A stretch of 64,000 nucleotides of DNA from Octopus vulgaris (taxonomy: Eukaryota). The DNA is taken from contig OX597831.1 in NCBI GenBank assembly GCA_951406725.2, positions 23,064,001 through 23,128,000 of the forward strand. Reading direction: 5' to 3'. A program made the position numbers and the translations under genes. Each line of letters opens with the position of its first letter. The first letter of the stretch is position 1. Positions 51,403 through 64,000 of this stretch are shown here, one piece after another. The notes under the pieces are model-generated. The model had not been told where the DNA came from. It worked only from the letters and a program-made list of their open reading frames with translations, and did no database searches.

Positions 51403-51826
51403 AGGCGCAGGAGTGGCTGTGTGGTAAGTAGCTTGCTAACCAACCACATGGTTCCGGGTTCAGTCCCACTGCGTGGCATCTTGAGCAAGTGTCTTCTGCT
51501 ATAGCCTCGGGCCGACCAAAGCCTTGTGAGCGGATTTGGTAGACGGAAACTGAAAGAAGCCTGTCGTATATATGTATATATATATATGTATGTGTGTGTT
51601 TATGTTTGTGTGTCTGTGTTTGTCCCTCTAGCATTGCTTGACAACCGATGCTGGTGTATTTACATCCCGCGTAACTTAGCAGTTCGGCAAAAAGAGACCG
51701 ATAGAATAAGCACTGGGCTTACAAAGAATAAGTCCCGGGGTCGATTTGCTTGACTAAAGGTGGTGCTCAAGCATGGCCACAGTCAAATGACTGAAACAAG
51801 TAAAAGAGTATAGAGAGTAAAGAGTA
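51403..51826 (+). mobile_element. SINE family A, full length
   Basis: Consensus-like head to tail. Confidence 0.92.
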
Positions 51827-51989
51827 TTCCACTGAAAGCGGATCTCAGATGAGTGTTGGTTCAGCCCTCTTTCACTTCAACTGTCACAACCCCAGATGTC
51901 CTGCTGTGACAAGGGTACATGATGCAACAGTGTCTTTATGTCAGCTTGCAGTTCCATAGGCACCTAAAACAATTAGCAAAGATATGATA

Positions 51990-52152
51990 GTAGGTGTGGC
52001 TGTGCGTGGTAAGAAGTTTGCTTCTGAACCACATAGTCCCTGGTTCAGTTCCCACCAGCATGGCACTTTGGGCAAGTGCCTTCTACTACATCCCAGGTCT
52101 GATGAGAGTCTTGTGAGTGCATTTGGTAGACAGAAACAGGAGAGAGACTTGT

Positions 52153-52205
<53 letters not shown>

Positions 52206-52555
52206 ATATATATAAAGTTCAGTCATGGCTGGGTGATAAGAAGCTCACTTCCCAACCACATGGTTTTGGGTTCAGTCCCACTGCATGACACCTTGCATAA
52301 GTGTCTTCTACTATTGCCTCTGGCAAACCAAAGCCTTGTGAGTGGATTTGGTAGATGGAAACTGAAAGAAGCCCGTGGTATAAATATATACTCTCTTTTA
52401 CGTGTTTCAGTCATTTGACTGCAGCCATGCTGGAGCACCGCTTTTAGGATGAAAGGCAAAGTCAACCTCGGCAGAATTTGAACTCAGAACGCGGTGGACG
52501 AAATACCCCTAAGCAGTTTGCCCGGCGTTCTAAAGATTCTGCCAGCTTGCTGCCT
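51990..52555. mobile_element. Cluster of SINE A heads (+), an A tail (-) and a B fragment (-)
   Basis: Motif matches to families A and B. Confidence 0.75.
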
Positions 52556-53569
52556 TTTTTATAATATACATATATATTAATATATATATAATATATATAT
52601 ATATTTTATAATATACATATTATTCATAACTATGTGTGTGTCTTTGTGTTTGTGTTTGTCAACCATCACTGCCATAACTTAGCAGTTTGGCTAAAGATAT
52701 CAATAGAATAAGCACTCAGCTTACAAAGAATAAGACCTGAATAAATTCCGTTGACTAAACAAAACCCTTTCTGTGTGAGTGTTTGTGTGTTTGTGTTTCA
52801 GAGTCTTCTTGCCATCATGTGGCTTGATAGCTGTACATGATTGTCACCCTCATACAAGCATCCCTCCAGGATGGTCACAATCTAAAGGCTGAAACAAGTA
52901 AAATAATAAGAGTAAGAACAGACACACATGCACACACACACACACACACACACACAACAAATACAGTATATAACTAATGCAATGTTCTTCTTTATATTGT
53001 TTTGCGATATGTCGCTGTAACTTGGGAAATTGACCTATAGAAACTGATAAGGTGAGTGCTTGATTGAGATAAGACTGAAAGAAGTTTCAAACATTCATAT
53101 AATAGCTGAAAACATTTGAAACACTGCCCCAGCCTGGCCACTGTCCAATGACTGAAACAAGTAGCAAAAGATAAAAGGAATGACTGTGTGTGTTTAGATA
53201 TATGAGTAAATGCATGTGTATATGTATGTGGATATGAATATATTTATACATACATCCATCCATCCATCCATCCATACATACATACATACATACATACATA
53301 CATACATACATCCATACACACATACACACATACATACATACATACATATATATATATATTCACAAATATATATGTATAAATGTATATAGATATATGTATA
53401 TATCTATACATGCATAAAGGCTTATATATATATGTATGTATATCATATATTCATAAGTATATATGTAGAAATGAATATATATATATATATACACATATGT
53501 ATATGTCTATACATGCATAAATACATAAAGGCATACAGACATACACACATGCATAAATATGTATGTATG

Positions 53570-53606
<37 letters not shown>

Positions 53607-54012
53607 ATCTATATATGTATGTATATCATATAAATATTAGATCTTTGATTAGCGCCTTACATCAAATGTTGAGATGAAGACAAATAAATTATTACCGCTA
53701 TCATTACCGTGCTGCTATAATGAATTATTTCATTACCTCCTATGTGAAGAATTTCCTTTGGTGAGCGGCAACACCTCTCATTCACACGGACACATGGACA
53801 CACACACATACTTGCGCACATATGCAATAATGCACACACTGTTTGAACTTCGGAAACACATAAATTGCCATAATTCCATCTTTTAATGTTGGATGTGGAA
53901 AGAACTTTGCTTTGGAAACTCATGGTTCCACTTTCAGTCCTACTCCGTGGCATGCTGGACCAGTGTCTCCCACTAAATGCCATTGTATATATATGTATTT
54001 ATATATGTATGT

Positions 54013-54660
54013 AAAGGTGAGATCCAAGGATCCAGGTATTGGAAGCTAATGAGCTTCAAGTAGTCCATAAAAGGAATGAAAGCCAGCTTTCAGAAACTTT
54101 AGTGGTTTATTGATGTAGAAGATTGTAAATATTTCCCATATCGAAGTTTGATAAGCAGGAAAATGTTATTTCATAGTTCCCTGTTAGCAACAGAAATTTC
54201 AGTGTATGAGAATAATACTCCCAATGCCAGCGCTGCCTCGACTGGCTTCCGTGTCGGTGGCACGTAAAAAGCACCATCCGAATTGTGGCCGAAGCCAGTG
54301 CCGCCTCGACTGGCTTCCGTGCCGGTGGCACGTAAAATACACCAATCCGACCGTGGCCGATGCCAGCCTTGCCTGGCACCAGTGCAGGTGGCACGTAAAA
54401 AGCACCCACTACACTCACGGAGTGGTTGGCGTTAGGTAGGGCATCCAGCTGTAGAAACATTGCCAGATAAGACCGGAGCCTGGTGCAGCCTTCTGGCTTC
54501 CCAGATCCCCGGTCGAACCGTCCAACCCATGTTAGCATGGAGAACGGACGTTAAACGATGATGATGATGATTCTGGATTAGGGAATGGAGCAGGTAAGAT
54601 CCAGACTACATATATTTCCGAGCTAGCAGAAAACTGGAAGTAGTAAATATCCAACCAAGG
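54013..54660 (-). mobile_element. Hammerhead-family element, split by an RTE tail (~54222-54571) and truncated by a LINE
   Basis: Colinear with 55685-56028 (AAAGGT(G/A)AGATCCAAGGATC...GGGAATGGAGCAGGTAA...CTACATAT). Confidence 0.8.
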
Positions 54661-54662
54661 AA

Positions 54663-55143
54663 TTTTTTTTTTTCTGTAGTTTCAGCTCAGGGCTGTGGCC
54701 ATGCTGATGCACCACCGTTTTGTGCTACACTGTTATTACGACGAACCTCCTCCAACATGTGGCACTTGGTGAAGAAGGCAGTTTGATGTAGCTACCCTCA
54801 TTTGCACCTCTTGCCGTGAAGTAGGTTCATCTGGGACTCTCGACAGGAAGAGGTTCCAGTCTTGATATTAAAATGCCTACATCTACTTTGTGCAGGTTTC
54901 TCAGGCTCTTTAGGGGAATATTAAAAAGGTTTGGGCCCCTGAAACCCAGGCTGTTGCAGTAACAGTCCTGAAACACGATGGCGTTGCTGGGATCTTTGGC
55001 ACGATGCAGTGTTGTCCCATTCTGGCATTGGTGTAGCTTTCATTGCCAAAACTTGGCACAATTCATTCCAGGATCTTCTAGATGTATATTACTGCATACC
55101 TCTCCTGCCTTCTCTCCAGGGAGTAGAGTCTTAGCTGTCTCAG
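54663..55143 (-). mobile_element. CR1/L2-group LINE 3' end with poly(A) tail
   Basis: Minus-strand peptides LRLYSLERRQERYAVIYI*KILE, SLGFRGPNLFNI, RVPDEP. Confidence 0.8.
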
Positions 55144-55164
55144 TTATATATATAAATATATATA

Positions 55165-55242
<78 letters not shown>

Positions 55243-55245
55243 TTT

Positions 55246-55644
55246 TTTTACAGTCAATTGACTGTGGCCATGCTGAAGCACTACCTTTTGTCAAGCAAAT
55301 CGACTCCAAGACTTATTCTTTGTAAGCCTAGTACTTATTCTATCAGTATTTCTTGCCAAACTGCTAAGTGACGGGGACGTAAACACACCAGCATCGGTTG
55401 TCAAGCAATATTTGGGGGACAAACACAGACACACAAACATATACATACATACACACACACATATATATATATATATAAATATATATATATACACGACAGT
55501 TTCCATCTACCAAATCCACTTACAAGAGTTTGGTCAGCCCGAGGCTATAGTAGAAGACACTTGCCCAAGGTGCCCCGCAATGGGACTGAACCCAGAACCA
55601 TGTGGTTTGTAAGTAAGCTACTTACTACACAGCCACTCCTGTGC

Positions 55645-55645
<1 letters not shown>
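55246..55645 (-). mobile_element. SINE family A
   Basis: Full-length match. Confidence 0.88.
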
Positions 55646-55684
<39 letters not shown>

Positions 55685-55685
<1 letters not shown>

Positions 55686-56028
55686 AAGGTAAGATCCAAG
55701 GATCAAGGTGTAGGAAGCTAGTTAACTTTGAGCAATCCACAGAAGGTATAAAAATAAAACTTTGTGGAACAATAGTGGTTTACTGACGTAGAAGGTTGTA
55801 AATTTTGCCATATCAAAGTTTGATTAGCAGAAAAATGTTATTTTATAGTTCATGCTTAGGAACTGGCATTGCTGTGTATGCAAAAAACAATCTAGTAACA
55901 ATCCAAACTTTGGGAATGGAGCAGGTAAAATGTAGGCTACATATGTTTCGTAGATTACAGAACCTTGGAAGTTGTTATTACTTAATGAGGGGTACTCTAC
56001 TAGCTATTCATCAGGCCAAAGATATCTT
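55685..56028 (-). mobile_element. Hammerhead-family non-coding element flanked by (TA)n
   Basis: Homologous to 48251-48378 and 54013-54660. Confidence 0.8.
55935..56017 (-). ncRNA. Type I hammerhead ribozyme motif with intact core
   Basis: Minus strand GGC-CUGAUGA-AUAGCUAGUAGAG...UUCUGUAAUCUAC-GAAAC-AUAU-GUA-GCC. Stem I is GGC/GCC. Confidence 0.72.
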
Positions 56029-57416
56029 ATATATTTATGTGTGTGTGTGTGTGTGCATATGTGTGTGTGTACGTGTATATGTGTGTATGCATGTGTGCGC
56101 ATATGTGTGCATGTGTGTATGTGCATGCATGTGTTGTGCATGTGTGTGTGTGTGTGTTCATGCTTGCGTGTCTTTGTGCCTGCATTTGTCCTCCCATTTA
56201 TGCTTGGCAACTGGTGTTGGTGTGTTTACATCCCCATACATTTTAGCAGTTGGGCCAAAGAAACAGAAAGAAGCACCAGACTTTAAAACAACAACAACAA
56301 CAAAAGTGAAAAACTAAATACTGGGGACCTCTTTGTTTAATTGTGATTTATCTTGCCTGACTCAATGTTAAGTCTGTCAACCCATTGCATAAGACTGGTA
56401 CCCTTTTATCCACCCTGAAAAAGTGAAAGACAAAATCGACCCTAGTGAGATTTGAACTCAGACTGTAGTGAACTGGAACAAATACTCATACACTCTATTC
56501 AACTCTCTAATTACTTTACCAATCCACCAACCTCTTAAGAATATATGAAGTCCAACACCAAATGGAAGTTGGCAATTTCCTGCCATTGCATTTAGGTGAT
56601 GTGGAATGGAAATGATGCCGTTTAATGTTCTGTTCTGTTGACCCTGTGGCCAATAAATAAATGATTATCTTACACTGCAAAGCCTGGGTTTAATAAGTTA
56701 AACTTCTTATAGAAACCTCTAACTTCGAAGTGACAGCCAAGTCAAAGCAAATTTCATATAATGCTGAAGGACCACTTTCAGAAAACTTCCATGTGCACTT
56801 ACATACATACATACATACACACACACATATATACACATATATAGACACATTCTTTCTTACACACTGCAATAATAAACCGCAGTCAGGTACGGTTAACACA
56901 ATCAAATGATGTCTGAGATATTTCTCACGTTGAATTATCTGACAATGCTGACATCTACCGGCTTTTACTGTTTGGAAAGGTCAAAAACTGTACTGAATTT
57001 ACCAAAATTCTGTATAGCATTCAAATGACAGAAAGTGGAATGTATCAGAATAGTAATCAGATTTTATCCAATATATTTCTGAGAGGCCGGTTCTTCAAGC
57101 ATTTTCTCGGTGCTCGTCTCTGCATTGTTATTCTTTGAAAATCGACCCTAAAACTTGTTGGAAAGTTTTATTATTCATTCCCCGGAAAACTTAATTATTC
57201 TGCTCGTTTGTTTTTCTTTTTCATTTCTAATTATCTATCCAATCCTTTAGTCTGTGTCTGTTTGAAAACTTTGTCTTTTTTCATGACATGTACAAAGATA
57301 TTTGTAACATCTGTGAAGTTACTTGGCCTGGTGGTTAGGGTGTTCAACTCATGATCACAACATCACAGGTTCTATTCTTGGGCAAAGTGGCATATTGTAT
57401 CCTTGAGCAAGGCATT

Positions 57417-57602
57417 GCCTGGGTTTAATAAGTTAAACTTCTTATAAAAACCTCTAACTTCGAAGTGACAGCCATGTACAAAGATATTTGTGACATCTGT
57501 GAAGTTACTTGGCCTGGTGGTTAGGGTGTTCAACTCATGATCACAACATCACAGGTTCTATTCTTGGGCAAAGTGGCATATTGTATCCTTGAGCAAGGCA
57601 TT
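57417..57602 (+). repeat. Composite duplication of 56682-56739 and 57287-57416
   Basis: Near-identical copies, one mismatch each by eye. Confidence 0.92.
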
Positions 57603-58176
57603 CCATTTAAAGCTATTCTTGTCTACTCAGTTGTAAATTAATACAACCAAATATTGGTGCAGCTCTCTCTAACCTTCTGGCTGTCACAACATGGCTATGC
57701 TACTGGGTCCTGGATAGAAGGGCTGAGAGGCTGTTCATGACTACAGAGGCACCTCAAACAATTAATTAAAGTATTGTAATGTCATCAAAACATACTTGCT
57801 GATGAACAGCAGCTGACAGTACAATATTTTATTCAAAGTTATTTGTAAATATGTTGTCAGATCTTTATAACAAATGCTAAAATTTATTATTAGAAATGTA
57901 AGTTGAATGCGTTCAAAATAGTACTCTGTATATCATACTTAATGTGGATATACTGTACAACACCAGAGCACAACTTTATTTGTCTTGAGAAAGCATCTCA
58001 TGTAGATATCACATGTCGTGATCACATGACAAACCAGACTATCAGATGGCATTACACGTTGCTGATTACAATGACATGCATAGACAAATCTAGCCTCTGT
58101 TGATATATAGAAAGGCAGGGATTAACAAATCTCTGGTGGTGTCAAAAGCTGGTAGACAAAGAAAATTATTTGTTAT

Positions 58177-58343
58177 AGGCTTGGGAGTAGCTGTGTGGTA
58201 AAAAAGCTTGCTTACCAACCACATGGTACCGGGTTCAGTCTCACTGCGTAGCACCTTGGGCAAGTGTCTTCAACTGTAGCCTCAGGCTGACCAAAGCCTG
58301 GTGAGTGGATTTAGTAGACGGAAACTGAAAGAAGCCCGTCATA

Positions 58344-58390
<47 letters not shown>

Positions 58391-58570
58391 ATATGTTTGT
58401 GTGTCTGTGTTTGTCACCCCAACATCACTTGAGAACCGATGCTGGTATGTTTACATCCCCGTAACTTAGTGGTTCGGCAAAAGAGACCGATAGAATAAGC
58501 ACTAGGCTTCCAAAGAATAAGTCCTGGGGTTGATTTGCTCAACTAAAGGCGGTGCTCCAGCATGGCCACT
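58177..58570 (+). mobile_element. SINE family A
   Basis: Head and body match; the tail is clipped. Confidence 0.88.
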
Positions 58571-59310
58571 CTATTTACATTTGATGGATATATTTGTCAA
58601 CAGCAACAGCCACAACAACAATTACAACAAGATCAAAAATATCATCAATGACAACAAAGATAATGCTGACCTCATCAGCTAAATATCAGAAAAGATGCTT
58701 CATCGACATATAACTGCTGTCAAGACTGATGGTGATTCTTCCGATTCGTTTAAACAATCTATGTATTTCGATTATTGATTTTTCAACATCCTCTCTCTCT
58801 CTCTCACACCCTCACTCACTCACCCACTCACTCACTGTCTGTCTATCAATCTCTCTCTTTTATCTGCCTTCTCTCTTCACTAAATGTGTACTGATTACTT
58901 TTGGAGGTCCAAATAAAACAAGATCCTAATGCCAAAATATTAAGTCAAATAACAACAACAATCATACTAATAACGATATTTATAGAAAATTAGAAAGAGT
59001 CATTTATATATATATATGTGTGTGTGTGTATATGAGTATATATATATATATATATATATATATGCATATGTATGTATATATATATCTATATGTATATTTG
59101 TCTATCTGTTTATATATATATGTGTGTGTATGTGTATGCATGTATGTATATATATACGTGTGTGTGTGTGTGTGTGTGTATATGAGTATATATATATATA
59201 TATATATCATATATAATGTGTATATATGCATATGTATGTATATATATCTCTATGTATATCTATCTATCTGTCTATATATATGTGTGTGTGTGTATGTGTA
59301 TGCATGTATG

Positions 59311-59343
<33 letters not shown>

Positions 59344-59614
59344 ATGTATGTATGTATTTGTATTTCTATCGTTTCTCTTCTTTCGTTAGCGAACGCATAA
59401 TTATCTCATTATAAGCCATTAATGCTCTCTGGTTTGGGATGACTTCAAGAGAAGTTATGATGAACCGTTTGTTCTTAATTAAATAAGACAGGCTGTGAGC
59501 TAAAAAGCAAATAATAGATCATTAGCTTGAACAAAAATATTTTCTATTCTACACAATCTTAATATAATCTAACGAACCGCTAGATTGCTTCAGCACAAAG
59601 GACATGCATATATA

Positions 59615-59650
<36 letters not shown>

Positions 59651-59708
59651 TGTATGTATGTATGTATGTATGTATGTATGTATGTATGTATGTATGTATG
59701 TATGTATG

Positions 59709-59747
<39 letters not shown>

Positions 59748-60015
59748 ATGTATGTATGTATAAAGATTCTGTTATTGGTTTTAGTAATTAGACTGAAGCA
59801 ATGATATGACACAGCCTTCAAGGGTTTCAATCAATTATATTGACCCTTACACTTAATGTAGTGTGCATTTTATCGGTGCCTATTTATCAAACAGCAGATG
59901 TCATCTATTTAGTTTGTTAATTATTGGAGTCACCTCCCTTTATGGCATAAGTAATTAGTACTATAAGAAATTTTTCATCAATAGAACACAGAAACATCAA
60001 TAGGACCACATATGA

Positions 60016-60081
<66 letters not shown>

Positions 60082-60949
60082 ATATCTATCTATCCAACTA
60101 CCAATCCATCCATCCATCCATCCATCCATCTATCTATCTATCTAAGCAAAAATTTAGATTCAGATGAATTAGGTACTTCGGTTGAGGCACAAGAATTTAG
60201 TATGGTATCATCCATACAGTTTCAAAGTAAGGCTTTGATCAGTCCGAGGCTATAGCAGAAGACACTTGCCCAAAGTGCCATGCAGTGGGACTGAACCCGG
60301 AACCATGTGGTTGGTGGTAAGCAAGCTACTTACCACACAGCCACTCTACTCCCATGCCTGCCATATAAATTTACATATATTGGCTAGAAAAATCCGTAAT
60401 GTACTGAGTGTGTGATAGGTGAACCATGAAGAACTAAGTGTGCAATAGGCGAACCGCGATATGGTGAGGAATTACTGTAGTTTGTTCCAACGGAACCTGC
60501 ATGTTTCATTGGAGATAAGTATTACTTCTTGGTATTAGCACTGCTTTTGTTACTAATAGAAATATTTGGATTAATCCTGCATTATCTCATAGCTTTAAGA
60601 TTTCAATGACGTGTTTATTTTTTTTTTAGAATGACATTGTAGAGTAGGTATGAAAGGCCTGATCTAACCAGTTTGAAGATAAAACAGGTTCAAATTTTAG
60701 GTTTGTTATGGCTGGTTTAAGCACTAAAGGGTTGCACAAGAACCGTAGTTCTTGATATCCGTAAAGATATGTAAGGTTTGGAAGCTTCAGATTTGACCAA
60801 GAGCTTAAGAGCAACATTATCAGCAACAACAACATTATGAACAACAGCATTATTAACAACAATAATGAAAACAACATTATCAGAAACTCTCATGGTGCTT
60901 CTTACTTTATGTTTCAGTTTCTGTCTACCAAATCCACTCACAAGATTCA

Positions 60950-61177
60950 AGCAATGTCATTGCCATTACAGCCTGACTGGCCACTGTGCCGGTGGCATGT
61001 AAAAGGCACCCACTACACTCTCGGAGGGGTTGGCATTAGGAAGGGCATCCAGCTGTAGAAACTCTGCCAGATCAAGATTAGAGCCTGGTGCAGCCATCTG
61101 GTTCACCAGCCCTCAGTCAAAAGCATCCAACCCATGCTAGCATGGAAAGCGGACGTTAAACGATGATGATGATGATG
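60950..61177 (+). mobile_element. RTE 3' UTR-type repeat (family D)
   Basis: ...CAACCCATGCTAGCATGGAAAGCGGACGTTAAACGATGATGAT. Confidence 0.85.
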
Positions 61178-61649
61178 TAATAGAATCTGAATGCTGTAAC
61201 GTGTGTATATAATATGAGGGAGTGTTGGCTATCATTTCTAACAAGTTGGTTGACCATGCAAAAGTTCTACTTGGCTTCGTCAAAGTTTATCTTGTGGATG
61301 TTTCTGTTGCTGGCAGACGACCAAAATTTCCATTCCAATTGTGTTTGCAGTATTAAGTCTATTTCCTTGTCAGTCGTGGGACATTTGCATATAAATTTAC
61401 TTCTAGCTAAAGGTATTACCATAGGAAAGTGAGAGAGAGAGACGAGGGGGAGGAGAGAGTATTAGACACAAAGAACGTTTAGACAGAGTGACAGGGATAG
61501 AGAAAGGGGGAGAGAGAGGGTGATGGTGGTAAGGAAGAAATGAAAATGAAAACAAAAAATAAAACGAGAGTTTAGTTGTGATTTTGCCAACGGTAATTCA
61601 CTTAAATTCGTGATTCAATAATCTTAATATGATGATGCTGATGATGATG

Positions 61650-61705
<56 letters not shown>

Positions 61706-61790
61706 GTATATCTCTCTCTCTCTTTCTCTGTATATATATATTGAGAGAGGACACAAATGTGCATGCACACCTATATCATATTAAGATTAC

Positions 61791-61857
<67 letters not shown>

Positions 61858-62016
61858 AATGTAAGTATATATATGTAGACAGACACACCTATATATATGA
61901 AGAGATATAGATGTAACCCAATATGTAGGTATGTATACATATATATATGTGTATGTGTGTGTGTGTATATATGCGTGTGTGTATATATATATAGATACAT
62001 ATATGTATATGTATCT

Positions 62017-62068
<52 letters not shown>

Positions 62069-62157
62069 GCATATATGTATTTATAGAAAGGGATAGATAA
62101 AGATGTATATATATATATATATATAAATATAAATATAGACAGACAGATGTGTGTGTT

Positions 62158-62188
<31 letters not shown>

Positions 62189-62639
62189 CATAATTTGGTT
62201 TGTGTGAGACTTCAAATTTTGCCTTTCAGCACATCATTTACACCGGTTGATTAAACTGGCAGATGAAACTCAAAATCCTTCGGAAAATGAATTTTAAAAC
62301 AACAGCAGTAGCAACAGGAAGAAAACAATGGAAGCTATTATCAATATATTCAAAGCTTCCCATCATTGAAAAATTATTCCCCAAATCGTTACTAAACTGT
62401 GGGTTAACCCTGACTTCCAGAAGAGATTTATAATCAAAGTGTTTCTGGCCATGACAATCTAATTTTTTTAGGTGTATTTAGCATTACATCATTTAATATG
62501 TCATTACTTGTTGAAAACAATTAGGGTTAATTTGTGAAAGATTTGGCTGTTATTTCTAGCAGGTTGCTGAGATGTTTGTATTGACTCAAGTACTTTTCCT
62601 TCAAATTCCTTTCTATCAACACACATAAAAGTATATTTG

Positions 62640-63205
62640 TGTATATGTATAAAAAATTTCGTTTTTCTTCCCGAATTTTCTATTTTCTGTTTCCTGCTCG
62701 GCAACCATTTGTCAAAAATAGAACGATTTTTTCTGGAAAACATCAAATTTGTGGGTGACCTACCTGACTCTGCATTTGGATTCACTGTTATTCTATACAC
62801 CTGCAATGACTTTGTCATATTTGTATCTTCAAGGATTTCCCGTCTGGTCTTCCTTAATGCTCTCTTGAATGTGTCGATGAATCTATCTGCTAAGCCATTT
62901 TAACTTGGATAGTATGCTGGAGTTAACACATGCTTCATCTGAACCGACTTACAGAATCTTTCAGGCTCCTTCGCCGTGAATTGTGTACCATTATCTGACA
63001 TGATCGTATCTGGCACTCCATAACGAGTGAACAGTTCTTCCAAGAAATCAGTAGTCACACTTGTGGTTGACCTTGAACATTTACACACTTCACGCCATTT
63101 GGAATAGCTATCCACCACAATGATATAATGAGAACCATTTATTGGTCCTGCAAAATCCACATGTAATCTAGATTATGCCGAATCTGTTTTTGGCTACGGC
63201 TGAAT
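62640..63205 (-). pseudogene. Gypsy/Ty3 LTR-retrotransposon integrase fragment
   Basis: HVDFAGP..IIVVDSYSKW..FTRYGVPDTIMSDNGTQF..AYYPS*NGLADRFIDTFKRAL..GRSPTNLMF. ORFs 62900-63160 and 62504-62818 are in one frame across a stop. Confidence 0.92.
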
Positions 63206-63211
63206 CTGCAT

Positions 63212-63630
63212 AACTGGTACTTATTTTATTGACCCCTAAAAGATAAAAGGCAGAGTCAACCTCGGTGGAATTGAACTCAGAAGGAAAAGATGGACAAAAT
63301 ACCGCTGAGCATTTAGCCTAGCCTTCTAAATATTTTACCAGCTTGCCACCTTCCAATGATATGGCACAAAGCCAGCAATTTAAAGGGCAGTGTAAGTAAA
63401 TTGCAAGAGTCAACCTCAATAGAATTTGAACTCAGAATGTAAAGACAGACGAAATACTGATAAACATTTTGCCCAGCATGTTAGTAGTTTTGCCTGTTTG
63501 TCACATTCCAGTGATGTAATAATGGCTTCAAATTTTGGCAGAGGACCAACAATTTAGAGGGAGTGGTAAGTCGATTACATTGACCCCAGTACTTGACTGG
63601 TACTTATTTTATTGAACCTGGAAGGATGAA
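63212..63630 (-). mobile_element. Three diverged SINE family B fragments
   Basis: ACTGGTACTTATTTTATTGA and GAACTCAGAA motifs. Confidence 0.7.
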
Positions 63631-63934
63631 ACATGGATCTTTACCTTTTGACCTACAGATTTAAAAAATAACTTTTTGTAACTAAATACTTTCAAACTTA
63701 GGACACTGGTAGAATATGTCATATAAAACATGTATTACTCTTAGAATTTTTGAGAAAAATTTATATTTACGAAGTTATTTCACATTAAAGTTCTCGTATT
63801 TTGGTAATTTCAACCATCAATGATGTGTATTCAGCTGAATAAAATTACTGCTGTTGTTTGTCAACAAGAACTTCCGGCAGTGTATATTTCGTTTGTCTCT
63901 GTTATTTATGACATCGTTCACGTGTTTGTACTGG

Positions 63935-64000
63935 TTTTAAGGTTTTAGAGTTAGGGCTTTAGGTTTAGAGTTTAGGGTTTTAAGGTTAGGGTTTTAAGGT
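63935..64000 (+). repeat. Degenerate TTAGGG-like repeats running off the window end
   Basis: TTAAGGTTTTAGAGTTAGGGCTTTAGG...TTAGGGTTTTAAGG. Confidence 0.6.

Overview
Repeat-dominated eukaryotic DNA, most likely from an octopus or other coleoid cephalopod (inferred from the tRNA-derived SINE families and the extreme (TA)n/(GT)n/(AAT)n/(GATA)n density). I see no credible host exon: nearly all listed ORFs are translated microsatellites or SINEs. The recognisable coding relics are all transposon-derived. They are an RTE LINE with an internal PHD finger (30071-31767, -), two Penelope-like (PLE) relics (~21360-24580 -, 47040-47497 +), R4/Dong 3' ends, a CR1/L2-group 3' end, an internally deleted mariner and a Gypsy integrase. 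Non-autonomous Helitrons and MITEs are also present. The most interesting signal is a recurring set of non-coding elements carrying type I hammerhead ribozyme (HHR) motifs with a long stem II and a short palindromic stem III. Several lie in long, nearly gap-free imperfect inverted repeats, so an HHR scaffold appears in both polarities (13084-13275, 29379-29958, 42885-43048, 48251-48577; related copies at 54013-54660 and 55685-56028). A further HHR (47981-48094) lies just downstream of a PLE GIY-YIG remnant. This looks like a PLE-mobilised, retrozyme- or viroid-like rod-RNA system. All alignments and folds were done by eye and boundaries are approximate.
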